From NCBI GenBank assembly GCA_047947115.1, contig CP170459.1:5344001-5408000 (forward strand): DNA of 64,000 nt. Direction: 5' to 3'. Both the position numbers and the translations under genes were made by a program. Origin of the DNA: Verrucomicrobiota bacterium. Its GTDB lineage: Bacteria; Verrucomicrobiota; Verrucomicrobiia; Limisphaerales; AAA164-E04. Under the pieces are notes generated by a model. That model saw only the letters and a list, made by a program, of their open reading frames with translations, was not told where the DNA came from and searched no databases. Shown one piece after another: positions 1 through 11,400 of this stretch. Every line of letters begins with the position of its first letter. Position 1 is the first letter of the stretch.

Positions 1-2602
1 GATCGTTGTTATAGGTCACGTCAAAGTTAAAGATGTATGGGGATTGCCCGGCCAACTGGCGTGTTTCGTTCCGACCGAATTCGTATTCAAATGGTGTCAC
101 GTTCACTTCCGAAACGACGTAAGTAAAATTGCCACCCACGGTAAAATCCCTCAGGTTTTCCGACAATCGTTCCAGACTTTTCCTCGCTTCCAGCTCCAAT
201 CCATAAACCGTCGCTTCATCCCGGTTCTGATATTGAACCTGTCGATTGGCGGTCACGAATTGTTTTTCAATAGGAGAGGTCAAGGTCTTGTAGAACAAAC
301 TGGCGGCCAGCACTTCGTTTGGCTGCGGGAACCATTCCCAACGGAAATCGTAGTTGTTGATGGATGTAATGTCCAAATCGGGATTACCAATCAGGATATC
401 CCCCCCCATGAAATCAAACACCGGCACCAGGGCAATTTCCCGAAAGGTGGGGCGGGCCAGGGTTTTGCCGTAGGCCAGTCGTAGGTTCATGTTCTCCTTC
501 GGTTCATAGACCGAGCTTGCAGCAGGCAGAATGGCCGATTCATTGACTGATGAATTTCCGGTGCGTTCCCCGGAATTGACCACCGACAAATCCGTCGTTT
601 CGTAACGGGCACCGGTCGTGATCTTGAATCGCTCCACAACCGGAATATCGATCATGCTGTAAAGCGCATGAATATTTTGATCTCCAGTGTAGTTGTTGAA
701 AGGCAGTTCCTGGATGTACTTGTTAAAACGATAGGTTCCACGTCCGGTCGCCTCATAGGTCACATTGGATGGATCCAAAAAGGAATCGGGATCACCCGTT
801 TGAACCAGATCATTCCAGCGTGGATTGGAACTCGTGTTGTAGGCAAAACGTCGCTCTTCGTAGGTTCGTTGCGTGGCGGAATAATAGGCTCCGAACTTGA
901 GCTGACTTTCCAGTCCGGACCAAACGCTGAATGGAATGGCATTATCCAGTTTCAGGTTTTGATTATTTTCCAGCAATTCGCGGAAATAACGGGTCGGAGC
1001 ATCGTAACCGGAAAGCGCAATGTTGACGCGCCCGGTATCGGCGCGGTCGTAAGAGAAAAAGCGCAGGTCCGGTTCATCCTGAGTCGTCGAAGAAAGCGCC
1101 GCGATCCAATCCGTTTTCAGATCAAGCAGCTCGGGGAATTCATGCGTGCCTTTTAATTGAAACGAGCGCAGTTCACGAACAATGTAATGCAGTGTACTGG
1201 TTTCGAAGGTGCTGTCTTCAAATCCCTGCAAAAAGCCCGACTGCAAGCGCGCTTCATCCTCACTGCTGTGATTGAACAGAAAATTGAAACCAATTTCGTG
1301 ATTCTCGGACAACTTATAAGCCAAAGTCGCCAGGCCGCCCCAACTCACCTCCTCGATACCACGCGTATCGTTCAGCAACAAATCCGTCTCGACCGAGTCA
1401 CCACTCAGTTTGTGTCGACCGGTGGTTCCGTCCTTGTAAAATGAGTAGTCACGGTCGTAATTCAGTCCAAACAAAAAACCAAGATCCCGGTCCGCGATTT
1501 TCTTGGTATCCCCGACCGAAGCATTGAAACCATGATCCAGTCCCGAAGTCCCCCGAGTGGGACGCATCACCGGTTCAAACAAAGAAGTCAATGCGATCAA
1601 CTTATCCGCCGCGGCTGTCCGCGAGGCGTCCGTACGCCCCCCCCCGGATCGGGTGTCATTGATCAGATCCTGACTATTGATGCCTCCGGCTTCCCATTCC
1701 GCAGGCAACTCACGGGTACCATCCTGCATCCCCAACCAATCGAGGTTACCACCCGGGTAAGTCAGGAAGTCGTCCTTCATGCTCGACTGAGTATTATAAG
1801 TCGTGCTGAAACCAACCTGTGCATTGAATTTTTCGGGAAATGATTTGGTAATGATGTCAACCGATCCGCCACTGAACCCGCCCGGGCGATCAGGAGTAAA
1901 CGTTTTGGATGTAACCACACTTTGAATGGCATTCGCCGGGAAGATATCCATTTGCACGGCCCGTTTGTCGGGGTCCGCGCTGGGCACTTCGGCGCCGTTC
2001 AAGGTGGTGTTGGAGTAACGTTCACCCAGACCACGTATAAAGACGTATTTGCCACCGACCACCGAAGCACCGGTGACCTTGGTCATGATGTCGGCCGCAT
2101 TGCCAGCCCCCGCCCGACTGAAGAAGTCAGAACCGATCGCATCGGTCAAAGCAGCGGAATCCTGACGTTCACTCAACAGCGCCACACTTTGATCCAGTTG
2201 CGGATCGGTAATCACATCAAACGGCTCGAGTTCATAGAACTCGGGTTTCATTTCCAGATTGACGGTTGAAAGCTGAGCGGCAATGACGCGCACATCCGCT
2301 ACGGTTGCGCGGGTGTAGCCAGATTTGTTGAAGATCAAGATGTGATTACCCTGCGGTACTCCCTTCAAGTGATACTGCCCACTTATATCAGTACTCGCGC
2401 CTAAGGTTGTACCTCGAACGGTCACATTTACCCCGGGCAACGGAATACCTTCCCATGAATCTGTAATGCTCCCTTGAACCGTCCCGGTCACATCCTCTTG
2501 CGCATAACCGGGAAAGCAACCAGCGATCAAACAGGCGATATAAATCACCGGTTTGCGTCGAAAGAAGGATCTTTTTCGTGTGCTGTTTTTAAAAAATCGC
2601 AT
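1..2602 (-). CDS. TonB-dependent outer-membrane receptor with N-terminal carboxypeptidase-regulatory-like domain; 3' end runs off the window
   Basis: Absent from the ORF track. Manual translation from ATG at 2602 gives MRFFKNSTRKRSFFRRKPVIYIACLIAGCFPGYAQEDVTGTVQGSITDSWEGIPLPGVNVTVRGTTLGASTDISGQY..., followed by the plug motif VTGASVVGGKYVFIRGLGERYSNTTLNGAEVPSADPDKRAVQMDIFP. Last gene of the TonB operon. Confidence 0.92.
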   Translation of the reverse strand, partial: MRFFKNSTRKRSFFRRKPVIYIACLIAGCFPGYAQEDVTGTVQGSITDSWEGIPLPGVNVTVRGTTLGASTDISGQYHLKGVPQGNHILIFNKSGYTRATVADVRVIAAQLSTVNLEMKPEFYELEPFDVITDPQLDQSVALLSERQDSAALTDAIGSDFFSRAGAGNAADIMTKVTGASVVGGKYVFIRGLGERYSNTTLNGAEVPSADPDKRAVQMDIFPANAIQSVVTSKTFTPDRPGGFSGGSVDIITKSFPEKFNAQVGFSTTYNTQSSMKDDFLTYPGGNLDWLGMQDGTRELPAEWEAGGINSQDLINDTRSGGGRTDASRTAAADKLIALTSLFEPVMRPTRGTSGLDHGFNASVGDTKKIADRDLGFLFGLNYDRDYSFYKDGTTGRHKLSGDSVETDLLLNDTRGIEEVSWGGLATLAYKLSENHEIGFNFLFNHSSEDEARLQSGFLQGFEDSTFETSTLHYIVRELRSFQLKGTHEFPELLDLKTDWIAALSSTTQDEPDLRFFSYDRADTGRVNIALSGYDAPTRYFRELLENNQNLKLDNAIPFSVWSGLESQLKFGAYYSATQRTYEERRFAYNTSSNPRWNDLVQTGDPDSFLDPSNVTYEATGRGTYRFNKYIQELPFNNYTGDQNIHALYSMIDIPVVERFKITTGARYETTDLSVVNSGERTGNSSVNESAILPAASSVYEPKENMNLRLAYGKTLARPTFREIALVPVFDFMGGDILIGNPDLDITSINNYDFRWEWFPQPNEVLAASLFYKTLTSPIEKQFVTANRQVQYQNRDEATVYGLELEARKSLERLSENLRDFTVGGNFTYVVSEVNVTPFEYEFGRNETRQLAGQSPYIFNFDVTYNND

Positions 2603-2654
2603 GGAATCAGTTTCGGGAGACTACCCGGTTCTGGATTTCAAAGACTCACCGGCA

Positions 2655-4052
2655 TTACTTGGATGCGGCACTGGCAACCCGTTGGACACTGTCCAAATAC
2701 TTTTGAACATTGTCTCTGGGGTTGCTTTTCTGGGCTCTTTCGAGCAAATCGATGGCCTTGGTGTATTCTTGGGAACGCACCAGGATTTGAGCGTGTTTCA
2801 ACCAGGCATCAGCTTCAAACCCGGATACCTTCGATGCCATTTCATAACGGAAAACTGCCTTCTCCTGATCTCCGTTCTGTGAATAAAAATCTCCAGCCAT
2901 CAATAACGCTTCACCATCCAACGGATTTTTTTCGATGATTTGTTCCAACACAGCCAGTGCCTCCTGGCCGTTCCCGTTGGCAATCGCCACTTTGGATTCC
3001 ATTTTGAGCAGCTTGAAGGTTTCCTCTTCGGTCATGGTCGTCCCGTGTGCGGTCCGGATTTTGGCGAACAACCTTGAGGCTTCTTCCCATTCACCGCGAC
3101 TGACCATGATATCGGCGGCACGCAAGGAACGTTGGACATCTCCGTTCCCATCCATTTCAATCGCCTCCAAATACACGTCCAGAGCAAGATCCTTGGCTTC
3201 TTTCATCATGTAGACATCGCCGAGCAACATCAGGTTTTGCAGAGTGGCATGACCGCTCTTGCGGAGGATTTCAAAATTTACAGCGGCCTTGTCCATCTCT
3301 TCCATCTGAAGATAAACGTTAGCCTGCAACCCCCAAAGCGAAGTGCTCTGAGGCTGTTCTTCCAAAATGTCGTCCAATAGTCGAACAGCGTCCTTAAGTT
3401 CCTCATTCGCGATCTTGCACTTGATCATTCCGAGCTTCCAATCCTGATTCTCAGCATCCAACAACATGGCGTTCTGATAGGCGATTACGGCGGATTGATA
3501 TTTCTCGGTATTGAGATAACAGAACCCAAGCAAACCATATACGGTCCCATCAGCTCCTCCCAGGTTGATGGTTGTGGTCAGATGGTTAACAGCGTCCGCA
3601 TAACGTCCCTCGCGCACCAGAACAATACCCATATTCTTGTGGGCACGTAGAAAGTCCGGAAACTTACTTAGGGCTACCGTAAAATTTTGAATGGCTGCGT
3701 CATGGTTTCCTTCCTGAAAATTAAGTGAACCGAGAGTGTAACTCAGCAAAGCACTGGATGTGGTAGTAATCTTCGAGGAAAGTTGCTTAATGGCCTGCTT
3801 TGGATCATCACGAATCACATCTCCCAACTGGCTGTAAAAAATCTGTTCTTCCGGATTTTCAAACCGAGGTTCCACAGCGCTGTTAACACCGTAGGAACCA
3901 AGAAACCTTCGCTGAAAGGTGGGATCATTCCAAAAGGACTCGCTGAGCTCCGTGTCAATGAAAGACGCCGCATTGACCTGCCCGACGGCGAGAGGAACCA
4001 GACTGGCAGCTCCGAGGGCTAGACCGAGCGTAATGTGTTTGAATAACTTCAT
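2655..4052 (-). CDS. Periplasmic TPR-repeat protein (TtpD-like)
   Basis: Signal peptide MKLFKHITLGLALGAASL...VNA, then many TPR helices (FPDFLRAHKNMG, YGLLGFCYL). Directly follows tonB. Start moved from 4100 to the ATG at 4052. Confidence 0.85.
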   Translation of the reverse strand: MKLFKHITLGLALGAASLVPLAVGQVNAASFIDTELSESFWNDPTFQRRFLGSYGVNSAVEPRFENPEEQIFYSQLGDVIRDDPKQAIKQLSSKITTTSSALLSYTLGSLNFQEGNHDAAIQNFTVALSKFPDFLRAHKNMGIVLVREGRYADAVNHLTTTINLGGADGTVYGLLGFCYLNTEKYQSAVIAYQNAMLLDAENQDWKLGMIKCKIANEELKDAVRLLDDILEEQPQSTSLWGLQANVYLQMEEMDKAAVNFEILRKSGHATLQNLMLLGDVYMMKEAKDLALDVYLEAIEMDGNGDVQRSLRAADIMVSRGEWEEASRLFAKIRTAHGTTMTEEETFKLLKMESKVAIANGNGQEALAVLEQIIEKNPLDGEALLMAGDFYSQNGDQEKAVFRYEMASKVSGFEADAWLKHAQILVRSQEYTKAIDLLERAQKSNPRDNVQKYLDSVQRVASAASK

Positions 4053-4062
4053 TCCAAATGAT

Positions 4063-4719
4063 TTATTGATTGATGCGAAATACAATTTGCTGACGGACAT
4101 ACGTTCTCACGGCCTGTCCATCACGAGTTCCAGGTTTGAAACGCCAGCGAGAAAGAGCTTTCAAAGCTGGTGCTTCGAATCCCGGATGACTTGAACTTTC
4201 AACTCTGGGATCTGACACTCGACCGTTTTCATCCAGGATGAACAACAGCACGACGTTCCCTTCAACTTTTGCTTTCAACAGTTCTGGAGGATGGCGAGGA
4301 GCCACCTGAGCGATGGGCTGAGGACGTTGATCCAGATCAGCGAGATCAAAAATGGCGATATCCTCCAAAGCTCCTTCATCTCCCATACCTAGTCCACCAC
4401 CGAGAACCCCACCAGTTCCAACCGACAAGTCAAGATCCAGATCTCCCAGAGACATCTGCCGAGGTGTATCGGATAATTCAGGTGGAGGTGGCTCATCCGG
4501 CGTATCCGGAGGAGGAGGTGGTTCGACTTCCGCGGCCTGAGGAGGAGGAGGAGGCGCGGCCGTATCGATTTGTGAGAGATCGTACTTCTTTTGAACGCCA
4601 CTGGAAATCATCTGAGTCAATGGCAGAACAAGGAATACTCCCAGTGTGATGGCAATGGCCCCGAGTAACACAAACGTAACATTGGTTTTTGTAGTTGGGG
4701 GTTCGTAAACGTGGCGCAT
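4063..4719 (-). CDS. tonB: Energy transducer TonB
   Basis: N-terminal TM helix, Pro-rich linker (PPPPPQ...EPPPPP), C-terminal domain PRHPPELLKAKVEGNVVLLFILDENGRV...WRFKPGTRDG. Confidence 0.93.
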   Translation of the reverse strand: MRHVYEPPTTKTNVTFVLLGAIAITLGVFLVLPLTQMISSGVQKKYDLSQIDTAAPPPPPQAAEVEPPPPPDTPDEPPPPELSDTPRQMSLGDLDLDLSVGTGGVLGGGLGMGDEGALEDIAIFDLADLDQRPQPIAQVAPRHPPELLKAKVEGNVVLLFILDENGRVSDPRVESSSHPGFEAPALKALSRWRFKPGTRDGQAVRTYVRQQIVFRINQ

Positions 4720-4758
4720 GAGAATGGATTCGACTTTCGATCTTACTGACAAAGCGAC

Positions 4759-5166
4759 CTAGTTATTGCGTTCTGAAGCAAGGCTGACGTTCTTTGCTCC
4801 CCCGAGTTTGGCCTCATCGATCACCCGAACAATGAGTCCATAACTGGCATTTTCATCTCCCTGGATAATGACCGGCATGTCATCGACCTGAGTCAGACGC
4901 TTGACAAGAGGACGGACTCCGGCGATGCCTATCTCACGTCCGCCGTAAACAACCTGCCCCTTGCTGGTCACGGCTAACAAAACACTGTTCTTTTCCAGCG
5001 AAATGGCGGAAGCCGATTGGGGTTTGTCCACTTCCACTCCCGTTTCCTCAACAAATACGGTTGTGACGATGAAGAAGATCAAAAGAATGAACACCATATC
5101 GATCAATGGAGATACATTGATCTCGGAGACTTCCTCGACTTCGTTGATGCTTCGACGTGCTCTCAT
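4759..5166 (-). CDS. exbD: Biopolymer transport protein ExbD
   Basis: [21 protein letters not shown] motif and C-terminal IIQGD...VIDEAKLGG. Confidence 0.95.
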   Translation of the reverse strand: MRARRSINEVEEVSEINVSPLIDMVFILLIFFIVTTVFVEETGVEVDKPQSASAISLEKNSVLLAVTSKGQVVYGGREIGIAGVRPLVKRLTQVDDMPVIIQGDENASYGLIVRVIDEAKLGGAKNVSLASERNN

Positions 5167-5846
5167 GCTGGATTCAGGGCGCTTGCTTCACCGGTTAAAC
5201 CAGCTTGCTGGCGTGAGTCGGCAGTGATGTATTTTTTACGCACAAATTCACCACCATGTTTTTTATACTGCTGAACCGTGAAGCTCTCGAGTTTGGCAAG
5301 AAAGGCGTCGTACTCATCACGCTTGCGTTTCAATAAATGCACCATGAGCAAACCTGGCAAGGCAATACATAGGCCGACTTCCGGGGGAAAAAGCGCTGCC
5401 GATATACCTGCAGCCATCATTTCTGCCATTTCACCACCGCCCGCACCAATGGATTGAAAGGTCATCAACATGCCCATCACAGTCCCCAAAAGACCGATCA
5501 ACGGGGCAGCCGTAACCAGGATGTTGATAAAGGTGATGTTGCGATCAATGAAAGGCATCTTGGAAACCACGACTTCTGCGAACCGGCTGTGTATTTCATC
5601 CACGCTGCCTACTTCGTCCTGCGTGTAACGAATGATCTCGCCAATCTCGCCCTTGGCGCTTTCCGGGTTCTTCAACCACCGCATCCATTCGGTTTCGCCT
5701 ATTTTATGAAAATCGCGGCTGGAGAAATAGAGAAACATGCGGACTGCTGCGCTGTAGGTCATCAGACCAAGTATTGCCAACGGAATCATAGTCCAGCCAC
5801 CGGCCGTCCAAATGTTCCAAACGCGTTCAATAAATGTATTGATCAT
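5163..5846 (-). CDS. exbB: ExbB/TolQ/MotA proton channel protein
   Basis: [14 protein letters not shown]...GISAAL motif; overlaps the exbD start by 4 nt. Confidence 0.9.
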   Translation of the reverse strand: MINTFIERVWNIWTAGGWTMIPLAILGLMTYSAAVRMFLYFSSRDFHKIGETEWMRWLKNPESAKGEIGEIIRYTQDEVGSVDEIHSRFAEVVVSKMPFIDRNITFINILVTAAPLIGLLGTVMGMLMTFQSIGAGGGEMAEMMAAGISAALFPPEVGLCIALPGLLMVHLLKRKRDEYDAFLAKLESFTVQQYKKHGGEFVRKKYITADSRQQAGLTGEASALNPA

Positions 5847-5877
5847 AAGTATCCTAAATTAATTGAGCACATTTCAC

Positions 5878-7314
5878 TCATTTGTCTGTGACAGGAGCAT
5901 CCTGGACTGTTTCAGGAAGGCCATTGATAAAGCCAACTGAAATTTGCTCCATGGTCCCGAGGACACCCTTGACCTTACGGGTTACAAAGGCATGACAGAT
6001 CAAAGCAGGAACAGCCACCACCAGACCAAACTTTGTGGTGATCAATGCTTCCGAAATACCACCCGATAACATGCGGGGATCGCCGGTCCCGAAAACTGTA
6101 ATCATATTGAACGTGTTAATCATACCGGTCACCGTTCCAAGCAGTCCCAGCAGAGGTGCGGTCGCGGCAGTCAAGGCAATCAAGGGGATGAATCGCTCCA
6201 AGGCCGGTTTGGCGCTGAGCATTTTTTCATACATGATTTCTTCCAAATATTCTTTTTTCTCATGCCGGTTTTCCACCGCCGATTTCAGAATATCCCCCAC
6301 ATAGCCCTTCATGGTGGCAACATGTTGGGACGCTCTGGCAACATTGCCGGTTTTGATGTGACTGAGAATCAGTTGAAGATCCGCCGCAGTAGCCAGTTTG
6401 ATGCTGGAGAGTTGAAGCCACTTCAGTAAAGCAATCAAAACCGCAGCAATCCCAAGCCCAATGATCGGAAACATCACAGGACCACCTTTCTTGATATGCT
6501 CCAGCAGGTTGTCCTCGGTGGCGGAAATCTTGAGAGCGTTGCCCAAGGTTGGATCAACAGGGAACTCTCCCTGATTACTGTCCGCCAACTGACGAATGGC
6601 AACTGTCGCCTCAGGCCCCAAATCCACCACGGAGGGTTCGGGTGATCCCAACTGCAATTGTGCCAAACCAGCGGAATCGGAACTTTGGCTTGAAAAAACC
6701 GCAAAAGGGCCCATCAAAACCACTTTGCCGTTTTCCAGAATACCTTCCGGTGTAAGCGCTTCATTTTCAAAAGCATGACCACCGATCAGGTTCTCCAGGC
6801 GATCCAAGGAAGTATCCAGCAAAGAGACCTGGGTATCCGCCAATTGAGTCGGGCTTAAATCAGGATCTCTGGTTGAAGCGATCACGCTGCTGATCAGGTC
6901 CTGATAAGTATCGGCTTCCGTAATGTGGATGCGGGTTTCGAATAATTGGGCGTATTCATCCAGCAAACCTTTCAGGTAGTTCTGCTCCTCGCGTAAACCC
7001 TTTGTCTGTGTCTTAAGAGCATTCAACTCGACCAATTCGTTGTCGGCAGAACGTTCCAGCCGCGACAGCTCCTGGCGTTTGGCAATGACCTGAGATTCCA
7101 GCTCGTTGATCCGCTTGGATAACGGAATTTTCTCAGCAGCAATGGATTGTTGAAGTTTGTTCAATTCAGACAATGCGGCATCCAAGTCCTTCTTAAAGGA
7201 TACCTGCAATGTTTCCAGGTTCTGAGCGGAAACAGTTGCCTGAAAGATAAGCAAGGCAATGAAGGCCTTGAACGGGAATGTAAATCTTAACATACGGTAT
7301 GCGGGGAAATTCAT
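5878..7314 (-). CDS. Long ExbB-family protein with N-terminal coiled coil (TtpC-like)
   Basis: Signal peptide, coiled-coil periplasmic region, C-terminal APLLGLLGTVTGMINTF...GGISEALITT motif. Confidence 0.88.
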   Translation of the reverse strand: MNFPAYRMLRFTFPFKAFIALLIFQATVSAQNLETLQVSFKKDLDAALSELNKLQQSIAAEKIPLSKRINELESQVIAKRQELSRLERSADNELVELNALKTQTKGLREEQNYLKGLLDEYAQLFETRIHITEADTYQDLISSVIASTRDPDLSPTQLADTQVSLLDTSLDRLENLIGGHAFENEALTPEGILENGKVVLMGPFAVFSSQSSDSAGLAQLQLGSPEPSVVDLGPEATVAIRQLADSNQGEFPVDPTLGNALKISATEDNLLEHIKKGGPVMFPIIGLGIAAVLIALLKWLQLSSIKLATAADLQLILSHIKTGNVARASQHVATMKGYVGDILKSAVENRHEKKEYLEEIMYEKMLSAKPALERFIPLIALTAATAPLLGLLGTVTGMINTFNMITVFGTGDPRMLSGGISEALITTKFGLVVAVPALICHAFVTRKVKGVLGTMEQISVGFINGLPETVQDAPVTDK

Positions 7315-8069
7315 TTCAACTGGAAAGGCAGGTTGACGAAGGCCGCCGGTTGACTGCCCTGATAGATGTTAATGGCGTTCAGGATTTTTTCCCCCAGCTC
7401 GGGCTGGATGGACCAATCCCACCCATTCGCTCCGGGTTTTCCTGTTCCTGCAAAAGCACCGGTCGGATCAGAAAAGTAGGCCTGTGCCAGTCCAACATAA
7501 AGAACCTGCACCTGCACATCGGCCCCCTCAGTGTTTTTTCTCAATTCAGAAACAACTGTGACACCGCCATTGAACTTGTCGACCTCGTTGATCACACCCA
7601 GGACATTTTGCATACGGGTGGAAACGGAAAGTTTGGTTTCAGCTGGATTTTCAGGAATCCGGTCCAAAAGGGGCGAAATACGCTCTTTGACACCAATCGG
7701 TAATTGATCGGCCAATTTGTTCAACCGGACTTCCAATCGGGCAACCTCCTCTTTGAGGCGTCCAGAATACGCAGTCAAGGCATCCTTCTCTTGGTTGACC
7801 GTTTCAAATTCGGAGGACACCTGGGTTTTGCCTGTATCAACCTTCTCCATCTGCGCATCCAGCGAGCTGAGCTCACCCTCAAAAGCGGAGATGGACTGTT
7901 CAAGCACTTCCTTTTCAACCTGCCAATCTGCCTTGAGCTGAGAGCTTAACTGACGTGATTCAACCCATTTTTCAACCAGATTTCGGGTTTCCTTGATAGG
8001 TGACTGCGCCAATACCGGGCTCGCTGCTACGCAGAGTGCAAAAATATGTTTGTACTTAGCTAATGCCAT
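7311..8069 (-). CDS. DUF3450-family (TtpB-like) periplasmic coiled-coil protein
   Basis: Signal peptide, coiled coil, VQVLYVGLAQAY...W.W...FVNLP. First gene ahead of the TtpC-like gene, the usual position for this family. Confidence 0.8.
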   Translation of the reverse strand: MALAKYKHIFALCVAASPVLAQSPIKETRNLVEKWVESRQLSSQLKADWQVEKEVLEQSISAFEGELSSLDAQMEKVDTGKTQVSSEFETVNQEKDALTAYSGRLKEEVARLEVRLNKLADQLPIGVKERISPLLDRIPENPAETKLSVSTRMQNVLGVINEVDKFNGGVTVVSELRKNTEGADVQVQVLYVGLAQAYFSDPTGAFAGTGKPGANGWDWSIQPELGEKILNAINIYQGSQPAAFVNLPFQLK

Positions 8070-8115
8070 TCAGAAAAGATGCTCACCCAGCAATGTTTCT
8101 GAATTTGGGCTTTTA

Positions 8116-8133
8116 TGTTACAATTTGGTGACA
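8116..8133 (-). promoter_or_regulatory. Pho-box-like tandem direct repeat upstream of the TonB operon
   Basis: Minus strand reads TGTCACC-AAAT-TGTAACA, with 11-bp spacing and an AT-rich spacer, ~47 bp before the start at 8069. Confidence 0.55.
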
Positions 8134-8265
8134 TCCCGGAATCGTTAGCACACCTCCCGGAATCGAGCTAACTCTTAACATTAAGAGCCCTTATCCACTT
8201 TGAGCACCAAAACTCTTTAACCCCGCCTCACATCCCTACCGTCAAGAAAAACACTCAATGCGAAC

Positions 8266-8283
8266 TGTGACAAAATGGCGACA
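8266..8283 (-). promoter_or_regulatory. Second Pho-box-like repeat
   Basis: Minus strand reads TGTCGCC-ATTT-TGTCACA, with 11-bp spacing. Confidence 0.5.
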
Positions 8284-8390
8284 TGAATAAAAACAGTGAA
8301 AAACGAATGAAAACACGACATAAACAAGCAAATTTAATTCATTTAGCTCAACCCTCCAGGATCCCCATGCCGTCAAGGCCATACCGCCAA

Positions 8391-8430
8391 GTTAACTGTT
8401 TTGTCACATTTTCGCAATCGACGCGACACA
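8391..8430 (+). promoter_or_regulatory. Pho-box-like array upstream of the giant protein gene
   Basis: GTTAACT-GTTT-TGTCACA-TTTT-CGCAATC-GACG-CGACACA; half-sites at 8391, 8402, 8413 and 8424 (11-bp period), more degenerate than the other two sites. Confidence 0.45.
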
Positions 8431-8492
8431 CACAAAGGTTCTGCTGACTGGGCTGAAGTTAGTTCGTCGGCAAAAACTAAGTTACTCGATAC

Positions 8493-11400
8493 ATGATGAA
8501 AAAACGATTGAAAGCGATTGCAGCGATGATCTTGTTGCTCCCTGCGTTCTCCTCCTGGAGCGCGACGATACAGGTCACCGATGCTGACATTCAGTCCAAC
8601 ACTGTTTGGACCTCGGACAATGAATACGTCCTGAACGGACTCGTGTTCGTTGAGAGCGGAGAAAGATTAACCATTGCACCAGGAACGGTCATCAAAGGCA
8701 AACCTGGTCAAGGCGCGGATGCTAGTGCGCTCGTCGTGGCACGTGGCGGACAAATTGTTGCGGAAGGAACTCCCTCAAAGCCTATTATTTTTACGGCTGA
8801 AGGAGATGATGTAAATGACCCGGAGGATTTCGGCGAGACGGATCGTGGTCTATGGGGCGGTGTGATCATCCTTGGTCGCGCCACGCTGAACAGCCCTGCT
8901 GACAGCGGAACTCCGATCACCGACAACATTGAAGGTATCGACATCAACGAGCCTCGCGGCATCTTTGGTGGTGACAACGACCGCGACAACAGCGGCATCC
9001 TACGTTACGTGTCAATTCGCCACGGCGGTACGCTGATCGGTGCCGACAATGAAATCAACGGACTGACCCTGGGCGCTGTTGGAAATCGCACTATCCTGGA
9101 ATTTATCGAAGTCTTCGCCAACTTGGACGACGGCATCGAATTCTTCGGCGGAACCGCTCAAGTCAAATACGCTTCAGTCGCCTTCTGCGGTGACGACAGC
9201 TTCGACTACGATCAAGGCTGGCGCGGTAATGGTCAATTCTGGTTTACCATTCAGGACGCTGACTCCGGAGACGGTGGCGAGCATGATGGTGACATCGATG
9301 ATGATACCAAACTGCCTCTCTCAAAACCTCAGATTTCAAACGCTACCTTCATTGGTGCGGGCAAGGATTCAGGAACTGGCCGTCGCGCTTTCAACATCCG
9401 CGACAATGCCGGCGCTGTTTACCTCAACAGTCTTTTCACCGAATTCAACGGTCGTGCGATCGATATTCAAGACGACTCAATCGGACGCGCCCAGGCTGGT
9501 GACATTAATTTCCTGAACAACCTGTTCTGGAACTTCGGTGCCGGAGACACCCCGGAAACCATCGCCAACGCCAACGCCCAGTTCCTTTTTACGGATGCTG
9601 GAAAGTTGAACAAGATTGTTGACCCCATGTTGACCGGCATCAGCCGTCAACCTGACGCCGCTCTGGATCCAAGACCCACCGCCGCCAGCCCGGCGCTCGC
9701 CGGTCCGGCCATTCAGATCACTGATGATCCAACCGGTTTCTTTACCAACGCAAGCTTCCTGGGAGCATTTTCCTCCTGGAACTGGTTGGCAGGATGGTCC
9801 GCCTTGGCAACTGGCGGTTACATCACCAACGACGCTGGCACCATTCCAAACGAACTCAAAGGAGTGGTTCAGGTCAATGATTTCAGCATCAACGGAAACA
9901 CCGTTTGGAAAGCTGAAAATGAATACGTTTTGAACGGTTTGGTTTTCGTTGAAGAAGGCGAAACCCTCACCATCGAGCCAGGAACAGTCATCAAGGGCAA
10001 ACCCGGCCAGGGCGCTGACGCCAGCGCATTGGTGGTAGCTCGCGGCGGCAAGATCTTCGCTGAAGGCACTGCCGACGCTCCTATTATATTTACCGCCGAA
10101 GCGGACGACGTGAACGACCCGGATGACTTCGGCAGCACAGACCGCGGTCTCTGGGGCGGATTGATCGTCCTAGGACGCGCCACACTGAACAGCCCCGCTG
10201 ACAGTGGTTCACCTATAACCGACAACATCGAAGGCATCGACATCAACGAACCTCGTGGTATTTTCGGTGGCAGCGATGACAGCGACAACAGCGGTGTGAT
10301 CCGCTACGTCTCCATCCGCCACGGTGGAACATTGATTGGTGCAGACAACGAAATCAACGGCCTGACTTTGGGCGCTGTTGGTAGTGAAACCACCATCGAA
10401 CACGTCGAAATCTTCGCCAACCTGGACGACGGTATCGAGTTCTTCGGCGGAACAGCTGAAGTGAAGTTCCTCGTCGTTGCCTACTGTGGTGATGACTGCT
10501 TCGACTACGACCAGGGATGGCGCGGTAAAGGCCAGTTCTGGTTCAGCATCCAGGACGCCGACTCCGGCGAAGCAGGCGAACACGACGGTGACATCGATGA
10601 TGACACCAAGACCCCGCTTTCCAAGCCTACCATCTACAACGCCACCATGATCGGTGCCGGTGTGGACTCCGGCAACGGCAAGCGCGTCTTCAACATCCGC
10701 GACAACGCCGGCGGCAACTACTACAACAGTATCTTCACCGACTTCAACGGTCGTGCGATTGACATCCAGGACGACAGCGCAGGTCGCGGCCAGGCCGGTG
10801 ACATCGACTTCCGCAACAACATCTGGTGGAGCTTCGGTGCCGGATCAACCGGTGCTGAAATCGCCAACGCGAACGCCCAATACCTGTTCGCTGAAGCCGA
10901 TCGCATGAACGAAATCCAAGATCCCATGATCTCAGGTATCAGCCGTGACTTCGATGGAGTGCTTGATCCTCGCCCCGCAGCAGGAAGCCCAGCATTCAAC
11001 AACGCCCTCTTCGGCCTTCCTGGAGACAGTTTCTTCTCCAAGGTTGATTTCCAAGGCGCATTTGATTCACAGAACTGGGCCGCCAAATGGACGGCACTGG
11101 CAACGGGTGGTTACCTCAAGAACGAGGGATTCGGTGTTCCCGGCGGTCAAACCATTCAGGTGACCGACGCCGACATACGAACCAACACGGTCTGGACAGC
11201 GAACAACACTTATGTCCTGAACGGTCTGGTCTTCGTCGAAGAAGGCGAAACCCTGACCATCGAGCCAGGAACAGTCATCAAGGGCAAGCCCGGTCAAGGC
11301 GCTGACGCCAGCGCATTGGTTGTGGCTCGCGGAGGTAAGATCTTCGCTGAAGGCACCGCCGATGCTCCGATTATCTTCACTGCTGAAGCCGACAACGTGA

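Noticed and set aside
4505..4556. GGA triplet runs as a contingency microsatellite
   Set aside because: They encode the normal poly-proline linker of TonB.
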